Source: Octopus bimaculoides (lineage: Eukaryota). Taken from it: 37,536 nucleotides of DNA. Both the position numbers and the translations under genes were made by a program. Below the pieces are notes generated by a model. It saw only the letters and a list, made by a program, of their open reading frames with translations. It was not told the DNA's origin and did not search any database. Below are positions 1-11,138 of the stretch, piece after piece (within the stretch, counting starts at the first letter, position 1; each line of letters opens with the position of its first letter). The stretch spans positions 14,703,777 to 14,741,312 of the forward strand of contig NC_068985.1 in assembly GCF_001194135.2 (NCBI RefSeq), read 5' to 3'.

Positions 1-83
<83 letters not shown>

Positions 84-95
84 TCTTTCTTTCTT
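1..95. repeat. (TC)n microsatellite
   Basis: Pure TC run 1-82 decaying into TCTT units. Confidence 0.95.
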
Positions 96-212
96 GTCTG
101 CAGCCCTCAACCGTTCAGGAGAAACATTACCTACATCGACCTCACTAGTTACAGATAGCCTACGGCCACAACGGCATAAATCTTTCTTCCATACTCCCCA
201 CCAAAGCACATA

Positions 213-350
213 GTCACACACTCACAATTATATATATGCGCAAAAGCGCGCGCGCAGACTCACACACTCATGCACGCGCGTGCGCACATACACGCACACC
301 CATACACACACATACACACAGGCACACGCATACACATACAAGCAAACATA
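213..350. repeat. Degenerate (CA)n/(CG)n microsatellite
   Basis: cacacactca/cgcgcg/catacaca tract directly abutting the Tc1 TIR. Confidence 0.85.
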
Positions 351-352
351 TA

Positions 353-1423
353 CAGGGGTTGTACAAAATAGTGGAAGCAACTTAAAATTTCAAACAAATT
401 TCTCTTCATATTGGGTAGGACCACCTTTGGCAGTAATTACAGCTTGAATTCTATGAAGTATAGACTCGTATGAAGTTTGAATTGCTTCCAAAGGAATTTT
501 TGTCCATTCTTTAGCTAAAATAGTCTCCAGTTCTTGTAGTGATGATGGTGGAGGATATCGACTTCATACTTGTTTCTTCTAAAATGCGCCATAAATGTTC
601 AATAATATTGAGATCTGGGGACTGTAGTGGCCAGATAAGATGTTTAACTTCACTAGAATGTTCCTCGTGCCATTCAGTAACAACTTTAGCTGTGTGAATT
701 GGTGCATTATCATCTTGAAAGATTGCGTTTCCCTCTGAAAACAGTNNNNNNNNNNCCATTCAGTAACAACTTTAGCTGTGTGAATTGGTGCATTATCATC
801 TTGAAAGATTGCGTTTCCCTCTGAAAACAGTTCTGCAACCATAGGATGAATTTGATCAGATAAAATGCTTAAGTAGTCTTGACTATTAATTCTGTCATGA
901 AGGGAAACCATTGGGCCAGCAGATTTCCAAGATATTGCCCCCCAGATCATCACAGATCCTCCTCCATGTTTAACAGTTGGAAGAAGGCAGTCTAGCTCAG
1001 GCTGTCTCCACACGTATACTTGGCCGGTGGTCGGAAATATGGTAAAAGATGACTCGTTCGAGAAAATAACATTCTTTTACTGTTCTCGGGGCCAATTATG
1101 TAGGTTTTTACTCCACTCTAAACGCTTTGCAACGTTTGTTTTTAAAAGTAGTGGTTTTCTGATTGCAGCTCTCCCGTGAAATCCTGCTTTGTGTAGCTCC
1201 TGGCGAACAGGTTTTGTGGAAACTGGGTTCTCGAGGCGGTCATTAAGCTCTGCAGTAATTTTGGGAGCTGTACTTTTGTGATCCTTTCTAACAATTCTCG
1301 TAAGAGTCCGTCGGTCCCGATCTGAAAGTTTTGGTTTTCTTCCGGAGTTTTGTTTCGACGTTGAGGTTTTTCCCTCTTTCTCAAAGGCTGTCATTACTTT
1401 CGAGACAGTACTTCTTGATGCAC
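353..1423 (-). mobile_element. Degenerate Tc1-superfamily DNA transposon (DD36E spacing); other end lost in the gap
   Basis: TA followed by TIR-like CAGGGGTTGTACAAAATAGTGGAAGC at 351-378. Minus-strand translation gives the HTH region (SGRKPKLSDRDRR...LHKAGFHGRAAIRKPLL), FSNES, VKHGGGSVMIWGAI, FQDDNAPIH, WPLQSPDLNIIEHLW and the C-terminal RIQAVITAKGG. Premature TAA at 1077-1079, first catalytic Asp changed to Asn (1056-1058), frameshift near 575. Confidence 0.93.
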
Positions 1424-1769
1424 NNNNNNNNNNNNNNNNNNNNNNNNNNNNNNNNNNNNNNNNNNNNNNNNNNNNNNNNNNNNNNNNNNNNNNNNNNNNN
1501 NNNNNNNNNNNNNNNNNNNNNNNNNNNNNNNNNNNNNNNNNNNNNNNNNNNNNNNNNNNNNNNNNNNNNNNNNNNNNNNNNNNNNNNNNNNNNNNNNNNN
1601 NNNNNNNNNNNNNNNNNNNNNNNNNNNNNNNNNNNNNNNNNNNNNNNNNNNNNNNNNNNNNNNNNNNNNNNNNNNNNNNNNNNNNNNNNNNNNNNNNNNN
1701 NNNNNNNNNNNNNNNNNNNNNNNNNNNNNNNNNNNNNNNNNNNNNNNNNNNNNNNNNNNNNNNNNNNNC

Positions 1770-1870
1770 AACACCTTGAGCAAGTGTCATTTGCTACAGC
1801 CTCGTGCCGGCCAAATACTTGTGATTGAATTTGGGAGACGGAAACTTAAAGAAACTCGTCGCACGCGCGC

Positions 1871-1906
<36 letters not shown>

Positions 1907-1985
1907 GCGGCGTGAGTGCGTGTGTACCTCTATGTGTGCATGCGTGCATGTGTGTGTTTGTGTGTGAGCGCGTGCGCGTGTGTGT
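1770..1985 (+). mobile_element. Divergent family-A SINE fragment running into (GT)n
   Basis: accttgagcaagtgtc...gacggaaacttaaagaa matches the family-A middle, followed by a GT/CG microsatellite. Confidence 0.7.
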
Positions 1986-2921
1986 TATAACGACGCATGG
2001 AATTCTAAATATTGTTATCTCGATAATAAGAAAAAGGCCATAACATGTCAAATAATTTTGCTCTGTTTTTCGACCAGTCATATTTCAGTTGCATTCGTGT
2101 GACTGTATGATTTGAATGGAATTTTCCACGCAGTTTACCGCCAAAATATGGTCATAAATGTATACACGTGAGACAACCAGCGCAGTGGTTCCAGACAAGC
2201 ATCATACAGGTTCCAGAGAAGACAGATGAATGCAGAGAATTTTTGGTCAGCTATGACCTCCTCGGGTTAAAGAGAATCATTTCGTCTACAACGAACACAA
2301 AACTTTCTCGCCACTCGCGAACACGAAGATATAACGATGTAAACTCTAGCCAAATATCCGAACATAGACACACTACACTTCTTGTATTCAGCTATTCGGC
2401 AATTAATCTCTGTGATGTATTTTATGTAAATAAAAGGATTGATTGATGATTTCACATTGTGACTTGGTCCTTAGATGGAAACAAGATGCAGACTAACCAA
2501 AAATACCAATTCTCAACATTAACTATGCCACAACACACACACACACACACACACAAAATACCCAGGCTCAAACACTGACACTCTCACACACATGCACAAA
2601 TACACGCGTCTACGCATACACACACATACACAACCACATACACAGATATGCATAACTTCTCTGGAACCCTCCTGCTGCACTGTTATACGTAAGAAACTTC
2701 TCACTTTAGCCCAGTGTTTCTCCACAAGGTTCGTACCGCCCCTTGGGGAGGCGTTTAGAGTTTACGAGAGAGAAGGCGATAAGCGAAACTATAATGAAAG
2801 AAGGCGTTTAGATGCTTGAGTGAGGCGTTGAGAAAATTTGAATATTTTCAAGACTGAAGTAAAGATAACGGAAGAACAACATACTATCCTACCAAACTTG
2901 ATTAATATTTTATTAGTTTTA

Positions 2922-3153
2922 TATTGGGTTGTCCGGAAAGTTCGTGCCGATTTTTAAAGGAAAGAAAAAGGTCAATAAATACTTGCCATTACATTTTTAA
3001 TCAACCAAATACGAACCATTTTGTTGCACACTGCGTCTCCATCTTTCCTTTAACTTGAAAATACCCTCTTCCCAGAATTGAGGTGGTTTCATGGCAAATA
3101 AGTCGAAAGGTAAGCTACTATAAATCTACACGAACTTTCCGGATAACCCAATA
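2922..3153 (-). mobile_element. Mariner-derived MITE (internal deletion derivative), complete
   Basis: TIRs TATTGGGTTGTCCGGAAAGTTCGTG / CACGAACTTTCCGGATAACCCAATA, flanked by TA at 2920-2921 and 3154-3155. The interior on the minus strand reads FAMKPPQFWEEGIFKLKERWRRSVQQNGSYLVD, a mariner transposase C-terminus. Confidence 0.9.
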
Positions 3154-4462
3154 TATTAACGGACCAATTATCCACCGGATGTATCCCGGATTTCTGAAGT
3201 TTCCAGTTTTCGCGAGACAGTCTGAATGTATACTTGAGATGTAAAATAAACTATGAAAAAGAAAGAGCTAAATTGTATTTAACAGATTCATATTAATACA
3301 CTTCAAAAGCAGGATCTGTTCTATATTTATTAATCTACTTTAAATTCTTAAAATAGTTGATACTGTACCGTGTATACACTTTAATGTTTATAGGTTGAAA
3401 ATTAAATGAGGAAAAGTAAAGAACATGATTTTACATAACAAAGACAGGTACAAATTAATGCAATTCTAAAGCAGATTATGTTTAATATTTATCAATCCAT
3501 ATGAAAAGGTAAAGAAGAAAATTATTTTTAACACACCGTATGCAAATTAGCTAATTTCAAAAACAGTCTGTTTACGCATTACAGGATACAATAAATTGTA
3601 CGATATTGCACAGAGTTTCCGGATTTTTGAAAATTACGGATTTTTAGCAGCCGGATAAAAGCCCGATGCTGTAGNNNNNNNNNNNNNNNNNNNNNNNNNN
3701 NNNNNNNNNNNNNNNNNNNNNNNNNNNNNNNNNNNNNNNNNNNNNNNNNNNNNNNNNNNNNNNNNNNNNNNNNNNNNNNNNNNNNNNNNNNNNNNNNNNN
3801 NNNNNNNNNNNNNNNNNNNNNNNNNNNNNNNNNNNNNNNNNNNNNNNNNNNNNNNNNNNNNNNNNNNNNNNNNNNNNNNNNNNNNNNNNNNNNNNNNNNN
3901 NNNNNNNNNNNNNNNNNNNNNNNNNNNNNNNNNNNNNNNNNNNNNNNNNNNNNNNNNNNNNNNNNNNNNNNNNNNNNNNNNNNNNNNNNNNNNNNNNNNN
4001 NNNNNNNNNNNNNNNNNNNNNNNNNNNNNNNNNNNNNNNNNNNNNNNNNNNNNNNNNNNNNNNNNNNNNNNNNNNNNNNNNNNNNNNNNNNNNNNNNNNN
4101 NNNNNNNNNNNNNNNNNNNNNNNNNNNNNNNNNNNNNNNNNNNNNNNNNNNNNNNNNNNNNNNNNNNNNNNNNNNNNNNNNNNNNNNNNNNNNNNNNNNN
4201 NNNNNNNNNNNNNNNNNNNNNNNNNNNNNNNNNNNNNNNNNNNNNNNNNNNNNNNNNNNNNNNNNNNNNNNNNNNNNNNNNNNNNNNNNNNNNNNNNNNN
4301 NNNNNNNNNNNNNNNNNNNNNNNNNNNNNNNNNNNNNNNNNNNNNNNNNNNNNNNNNNNNNNNNNNNNNNNNNNNNNNNNNNNNNNNNNNNNNNNNNNNN
4401 NNNNNNNNNNNNNNNNNNNNNNNNNNNNNNNNNNNNNNNNNNNNNNNNNNNNNNNNNNNNNN

Positions 4463-4722
4463 AAGTTACGAGGACATAAACACACCAGCATCGGTTGTCA
4501 AGCGATGTTGGGGGGACAAACACAGACACACAAACATATACACACATTTACATATATACGACGGGCTTGTTTCAGTTTCCGTCTACCAAATCCACTCACA
4601 AGGCTTTGGTCGGCTCAAGGCTATAGTAGAAGACACTTGCCCAATGTGCCACGCAGTGGGACTGAACCCGGAGCCATGTGGTTGGTAAGCAAGCTACTTA
4701 CCACACAGCCACTACTGCGCCT
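4463..4722 (-). mobile_element. Family-A tRNA-derived SINE (CORE-like ACCTTGGGCAAGT block), 3' part in gap
   Basis: Reverse complement starts AGGCGCAGTAGTGGCTGTGTGGTAAGTAGCTTGC...CCGGGTTCAGTCCC (A/B-box-like). More than 12 near-identical copies in the window. Confidence 0.88.
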
Positions 4723-6517
4723 AATATACATATTTAAAATATTTTGCTTAAAAAAGTGTAGATTGTCATTGATACCAAGCTACATTCTCTGCACTAAGAG
4801 TTTTAGTATCGGAAACAGATATGACGCAGATACTATTTTATATATAGGCAGGAAGACTTTTGATTAATAATATGACAGAATTAAGGCAAGATAAAAAATG
4901 AAAGTGGTCAATATATAAGGCATTCTGCCTAAACTACGTCTTTAAGATACGATTTGTTAGTAGTAACGCTAAAAGGAAACTATTTCCTAAGGAACTCAAG
5001 CAGATAGAGAGGAATAAAGACGAAAGGAAAGTAAAGATTTAATGAAAAGGTGAATCAAGGCTAAAGTTGGAGTTGAAAAAAAAGGCAGTGGTCAAGCTGA
5101 TAATGGTATGGAGTATTGAATGGTCGTTTTCTACTGAAAGAATTTTGAAAGGGTTTTATTTTTAGACTGGGGTCAAACGGTCGAATCCATTCAACAATGT
5201 TTTAAGTCTTTAGCAACACCAATTACAAAGAACTTGGGAGTGGTACTGAAAGATGGAGAGAAGTATTGACAGACAGAAACTGGATGGGAGCTGTCTTCAA
5301 TAATTCAAGTAATGCTATATAGTCAAAATTAACCATACATGCTGGTTTTGTTGTTGTTATTGTTGCTGCTACTGTTGTTATTGTCACTTACTTTTTTGTA
5401 TTTTGAAGCTACTTGCCTTCAGAAGTTAGTGGTCCTAAACTCCCTAGGGAATTTTATGCTAGCTTCATCACTTTATTTATTTATATATTTATTTTTTTCT
5501 ATGTTTTGAAACGAGATCGAACTTAAGCATTTTATACCGATAGATTTTAGACACTTTTTTCTGCGACTGGTAAGATTATGTACGGGGTGCAAATTTTGAT
5601 CTTGCACCCCCTGAAAATTCTAGGGGGTGCAGGTGCACCCGCTGCACCCCCTGTTCCCGGGCCCTTGACTAAGACTCGAAGATCTTCGGCGTAAATCTAA
5701 CAGTTTTCTTGGCGCAGTGGTGTGGATTTTTTTAATCAAATGGGGCCAGGAGGGGAAAATCTGTCTACTCTGACGAGGCGTGACATTTTCCTTGATGACT
5801 TTTTATTTCAAGAAGCAATTTCAATAATGTATTTTAAATACCTGTTTTAAAATACATTATCGTCTGGTAGTTGTACGTTTGTCGTCTGTTAGTCAGTCCG
5901 TCACTGGATAATGAGCAACAGGCTAGCGTCGTTAGATCATTATCAGTTGACAGGTCATTCAGGGAACCTAACCCCTAATGTTTTCTGGTTTCCTAAAATC
6001 TCAAACATCTCAGCTAAAACTATTGCGCAGATGCATAATTATTGCGGCTTTTTTGCAACAAATTTTATCCAACGTAAATAACAACATGTAACAAAAACAT
6101 CTTTAAATGATTATTCCGGAGTATATTCACCATCTACTTCAATTACTGCTTCCCATTTGCTTGGCAGACGGTCAGACCGTCATTTAAAGATGTTTTTGTT
6201 AAATATTGTTATTGTTTTTGTTGGATTAAATTTGTTTTCAAAAAAAAAAAAAAAAGACGCAATAATTATGCACCAACCCGATAGTTCCGTACTCGGAAAA
6301 AAAATGGATGATCATGCAGTCACCAGTCAGCAAAATACCATGTGAATCGAATTGATTAATTTTCGGAATAAATCCAATTATTGAATCAAACATGTTAAAA
6401 CCTGAATTTCTGACGAAAGCAATCCTTTATCCAGACTTCTAATGGTTGCCATTCATTTCGGGTATTCAAAAAGATAAAAATAAAAACAAAAACAATCACC
6501 GTAGTGTAGGTATAATA

Positions 6518-6706
6518 TTTATTTCAAATTTTGGCACAAGGCCAGTAATTTCGAGAAGGGCTAAGTCGATTACATCGACTCTAGGGCCCAACTAATACTT
6601 ATTTTATCGACTCTGAAAGGATAAATTTACATTTAGAACGTAAAGACGGACGAAATACCGCGAAGCATTTTGCCCGGCGCGTTAAAGATTCTACCAACTC
6701 GCCGCT
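6518..6706 (-). mobile_element. Family-B tRNA-derived SINE (Meta-domain-like core), internally deleted
   Basis: Reverse complement GCGGCGAGTTGGTAGAATC...CCTTTCAGAGTCGATAAAATAAGTATTAG; shares its body with 19041-19272 and 28873-29108. Confidence 0.8.
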
Positions 6707-6986
6707 TTATAGTTTAAGCATAATATTTAAATCCAAATAATTCCAGTGCAATGTTCGAAGAACTTAGCACTGTAGTCAGAATTTCGAAGAAAATATTTGT
6801 GTTTTAAATTTGTTATAAGCGACAGAAAAAGTAGTAGTTGAAAATAGCATTCTGTGTATCGTACTTAACATTAGCCACCAACAGAGCCGCAAATGCGAAA
6901 TATAAGTTAGTCCTAGAGCGCACAATGTTCCTGAAGGTCGGCAATGGTCTTCCTCGGTCACGAGTGGACGGCCATCATATATATAT

Positions 6987-7158
6987 ATGAGAACCCAGGT
7001 TCGAAATTTCCCCAAGACACCTGATGAAGGCTGGAGGGTATATCAGCCGAAACGTTGTGTTAACAACAAACAAGATGAGGACAAATATCCGTCAAATGTA
7101 AATAACGCAAATAATGTAAATAATATACATAGTTCCTCGTCTCTTAAATATAGAACTG
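6987..7158 (+). mobile_element. 5'-truncated copy of the hammerhead-containing short element (family H)
   Basis: 6987-7105 aligns to the reverse complement of 21104-21225. The 5' end stops at a (TA)n tract. Confidence 0.8.
7016..7061 (+). ncRNA. Minimal type-I hammerhead ribozyme motif
   Basis: Stem I GACAC(7016-20)/GTGTT(7057-61); core CTGATGA (7021-27) plus an extra A; stem II GGCTG(7029-33)/CAGCC(7044-48); GAAA (7049-52); palindromic stem III A-C-G-T; predicted cleavage after GUU at 7056. Confidence 0.72.
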
Positions 7159-7217
7159 AATTGTTCAATACTTGCAGAATGCTTCGTTTGTGTATGAAGA
7201 ACAAACCACTGTAAATA

Positions 7218-7429
7218 CAGTGACCCCCTCGACTATTGCGGGTGATACGTTCCAAAACCTCCCACGGAAACAACTAAAATCTATAAAAAGTATATATAAA
7301 TACCTATCAGCTGCAGAAACCCGCGATATACCAAGGAGTCCGCGATATAAACTTACATATATGAGCCAGAAAAATCCGCGATGTACTGAGTGCGTGATAA
7401 GTGAACCGAGATATGACGAGGGATTAGTG
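7218..7429. mobile_element. pogo/Tigger-type MITE
   Basis: TA-CAGTGACCCCCTCGACTATTGCGG ... CCGAGATATGACGAGGGATTAGTG-TA: imperfect Tigger-style TIRs, TA at 7216-17 and 7430-31, internal CCGCGAT repeats. Confidence 0.72.
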
Positions 7430-7448
7430 TATTCTTTTGTTTTTTTAT

Positions 7449-7882
7449 TCTTTTATTTGTTTCAGTCAGTTGATTGTGGCCATGCTGGAGCACCGCCTTT
7501 AGTCGAACAAATCGACCCCAGGATTTATTCTTTGTAAGCCTATTACTTATTCTATCGGTGTTTTTAGTCGAACCGCTAGATTACGGGGGCGTAAAGACAC
7601 CAACATCGGTTGTCAAGCGATGGTGGGGAGACAAACACAAACACACCAACATCAGTTGTCAAGCGATGGTGGGGGGACAAACACAGACATACAAATACAC
7701 ACACACACACAAACATATTATATACGACGGGATTGTTTCAGTTTCCGTCTACCAAATTCACTCACAAAGCTTTGGTCCACCCAAGGTTACAGTAGTAGAC
7801 ACTTACCCAAAGTGCCACGCAGTGGGACTGAACCCAGAACCATGTGGTTGGGAAGCAAGCTACTTACCATACACCCACGCCT
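7449..7882 (-). mobile_element. Family-A SINE, full length, with an internal ~45-bp duplication
   Basis: Tail cttttatttgtttcagtc through the head. caacatc(g/a)gttgtcaagcgatggtgggg occurs twice (about 7601 and 7648). Confidence 0.9.
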
Positions 7883-8869
7883 ACATTTATATGTATATAA
7901 TACATGTATAATGCAAAAAAAAAAAAACTTGCACACTATGTTAGCGAATAAAAAAGAAATAAGATTTTAAAATTTATTCTTTCTGCACCACCCAATACCA
8001 AATATCCCACGGCTCGGTATTAATTCGTAGCCAAGTGGTGGAGGACCCTGCTTTAGATCATCTGTTAAAATTGCCCCGCCACCNNNNNNNNNNNNNNNNN
8101 NNNNNNNNNNNNNNNNNNNNNNNNNNNNNNNNNNNNNNNNNNNNNNNNNNNNNNNNNNNNNNNNNNNNNNNNNNNNNNNNNNNNNNNNNNNNNNNNNNNN
8201 NNNNNNNNNNNNNNNNNNNNNNNNNNNNNNNNNNNNNNNNNNNNNNNNNNNNNNNNNNNNNNNNNNNNNNNNNNNNNNNNNNNNNNNNNNNNNNNNNNNN
8301 NNNNNNNNNNNNNNNNNNNNNNNNNNNNNNNNNNNNNNNNNNNNNNNNNNNNNNNNNNNNNNNNNNNNNNNNNNNNNNNNNNNNNNNNNNNNNNNNNNNN
8401 NNNNNNNNNNNNNNNNNNNNNNNNNNNNNNNNNNNNNNNNNNNNNNNNNNNNNNNNNNNNNNNNNNNNNNNNNNNNNNNNNNNNNNNNNNNNNNNNNNNN
8501 NNNNNNNNNNNNNNNNNNNNNNNNNNNNNNNNNNNNNNNNNNNNNNNNNNNNNNNNNNNNNNNNNNNNNNNNNNNNNNNNNNNNNNNNNNNNNNNNNNNN
8601 NNNNNNNNNNNNNNNNNNNNNNNNNNNNNNNNNNNNNNNNNNNNNNNNNNNNNNNNNNNNNNNNNNNNNNNNNNNNNNNNNNNNNNNNNNNNNNNNNNNN
8701 NNNNNNNNNNNNNNNNNNNNNNNNNNNNNNNNNNNNNNNNNNNNNNNNNNNNNNNNNNNNNNNNNNNNNNNNNNNNNNNNNNNNNNNNNNNNNNNNNNNN
8801 NNNNNNNNNNNNNNNNNNNNNNNNNNNNNNNNNNNNNNNNNNNNNNNNNNNNNNNNNNNNNNNNNNNNN

Positions 8870-9200
8870 GAGCAAATCGACCCCAGGACTTATTCTTTGT
8901 AAGCCTAGTACTTATTCTATCAGTGTCTTTTGCCGAACCGCTAGGTTACGGGGACGTAAACACACCAGCATCGGTTGTCAAGCGATGGTGGGGGGACAAA
9001 CACAGACACACAAACATATATATATGTACATATATACGACGGGCTTCTTTCAGTTTCCGTCTACCAAATCCACTCACAAGGCTTTGGTCGACCCGAGGCT
9101 ATAGTAGAAGACACTTGCCCAATGTGCCACGCAGTGAGACTGAACCCGGAACAATGTGGTTCGTAAGCAAGCTACTTACCACACAGCCACTCCTACGCCT
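8870..9200 (-). mobile_element. Family-A SINE
   Basis: Near-consensus copy from the gap edge to the head ...ccacacagccactcctacgcct. Confidence 0.9.
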
Positions 9201-10107
9201 CTTTTTTTTCTTTCGTAAAGTTCTACATTGTATTTGTACCCTGTGTGGCTAATAAAGAAAGATATCTATCTTTCTATCTGTCTGTATATCTATCTATCTA
9301 TCTCCGTCATTTCACCTGTCTACACGATTAAGCATTAAAACCTAAACCAGTAACAAGACATTTATCGTCTATTACATTATTTTGATATTTTATTATCTCG
9401 TCGTTTTCTTCAACGGTACAATACCCACGATATACAACAATGCATAATATAAAGAGTACTCTTTATCTATACATATAAATATATCTGTTTAATGTTGACT
9501 GTCAGAAAAAAAGAGAACTTAATAACATATTAGACATTAATAATATATTTTGTTCGAGTCCGTCTCAAACTATTCTGAATTTCCCCTGTAGAGGCACAAA
9601 CTATTCCACCTGGAGATTCTGTCGACTCAACAGGTGAAACTCAGAGCAACAAAAGAATCACACGACCAAAAACAAAAAATATATATTCTGAATCTACTTC
9701 TCCTATATATTCTTAATTTATGCTTGCTTTTCTACAAAGAAAAAGAAATTTTAAATAACAAATAGATCTTTCCTCAAATTCACTTGATTTTTAAGAAAAT
9801 CTCCACTGTTGGAAATTACGAAAATTTATCGAATTTAAATGAATTGCCTCCCTTAACCGGTGTCACCCGAATCATTAGAGAGACACAATTCAGTTTTATG
9901 TTGAACGTTTTTGGAAAGTGTTTATTGACAGTTTAAAGATTCGATCAAGTTTTTTATTAATTGGAATCGAAATCAAATCTTTTAATTTACATGTACATTT
10001 ATATTTAATTTTTTTTTAAAATTGTCTTAGTTTTAAGAGTAGTTCTTCCTGCTTTACACACTTCGTAACCACGTGTTTAATGTAAACTTTCACCTCGCCG
10101 TTTTCAG

Positions 10108-10130
10108 ATGCCTTTATTTAATATTAAGCG
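10108..10130 (+). CDS. DDX51: DDX51 coding exon 1 (23 nt, MPLFNIKR, phase 2)
   Basis: ATG at 10108, donor GTAAGT at 10131. Phase joins exon 2 to give R-Y-D, matching the DDX51 N-terminal M.LF...RY pattern. Confidence 0.75.
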
Positions 10131-10425
10131 GTAAGTACAAAAAGTATTATTACCAACACATCATGTCATTGATTTATAACCAATATATTGTCATATTTTT
10201 TGTGTTGGGAGCGGGGTGTCAGTACTTTTTGTCATTAATGTGATTGTTAGCAAAGACATAACCCTTGTCCTAAGCCATGTGTCCCATAAAAATATCCTCA
10301 CTATTGACACTCGATTGCGAGCTGCACATTATGTAATTTGATGACGTACGTGTGACTTTAAACTTCGCAAAGGCTGATATAGTCTTCATAATTCTGCTAT
10401 TGGTAAATATTATTATGGGATCGAT

Positions 10426-10600
10426 TAAGGCACCGAGCTGGCAGATTCGTTATCCTACCGCACAAAATGCGTAGTGGCATTTCTTATGGTTCGGTTTTAC
10501 GTTCTGAGTTCAAATGCCACCGAGGTAGACTTTACCTTATTTTGATATCGAGTATATGCCTCCTCTAACAAATGCTTGTCTTGTGCTTCATAAAAACAAA
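10426..10600 (+). mobile_element. Family-B SINE, decayed
   Basis: aaggcaccgagctggcag...ttctgagttcaaatgccaccgaggtagactttacc. Confidence 0.75.
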
Positions 10601-11138
10601 TTAATGTCTTGAAGGCCTAATCAAAATCAATCATTTGCGATAATTTTAAGTGTTCCCTTAAAAATATGTTATTGCTTAGTTCCAATCTTTCGATTTTAAG
10701 GTCCAATATTTACTGTTTTACAAAACAGGTTAGTGCTAACGTTAAACGTTTCAGATGGGTTGAATTTCGTACTCGATGAACAGAACTAACTGTAGCCATC
10801 ATTTTTTGCTGTAGCTATACTGCCCTCCGATTTAAAGTTTTAAAATAGTTTGTTTACGAAAATTTAGCTGCTGTGTTGTGCAAATCAATCAGTTTGGTAA
10901 TCAGCTTTGATCGTAATCAAAGACTTGTTTCTGTTGTTATAAAACGGTTTATTGAAAGTATTTGTTTTTGTCCGTATTATTTAATACAGTTATGGAACAG
11001 TACCATGACCTTTGTAGGCAGTTCCTAGACCATGGGACTAATGTCCTGTCTGGATATTGGCAGGTAATATGTGGGTAAGATGTGAACCCGGTGCTTCTGA
11101 GTAAACAGGTACACTCTAAGATCAGGTGATGCTGTTCA

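Noticed and set aside
670-831. 76-bp exact direct repeat (670-745 = 756-831) within the transposase
   Set aside because: The copies sit on either side of a 10-N gap: overlapping contig ends, an assembly artefact.
1077-1828. Long ORFs spanning N-runs (also 3579-4547, 7967-9252, 21769-22565, 24933-25998)
   Set aside because: Their length comes from Ns translated as X; the flanks are SINE or transposon sequence.
2040-2520. CpG-containing unique-looking segment with short ORFs (2168-2446 +, 2267-2455 -)
   Set aside because: No recognisable protein motif and no convincing splice-site pair; cannot call an exon.
2712-2830. CAGTGTTTCTCC start resembling a hAT/Charlie TIR
   Set aside because: No matching second end or 8-bp TSD found.
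3160-3674. Possible pogo-like end (ATCCGG motifs; reverse complement CTACAGCATCGGGCTTTTATCCGG)
   Set aside because: Abuts a gap, with no clear partner TIR.
6870-6980. Possible LINE 3' end (SHQQSRKC; ...GGACGGCCATCAT)
   Set aside because: Too short and degenerate to assign.
7474-7970. Recurrent ORFs such as 'RRASFSFRLPNPLTRLWS...' and 'MKPDGYTRLQSDLAEF...'
   Set aside because: They are translations of SINE families A and C, not genes; they recur wherever those repeats occur.
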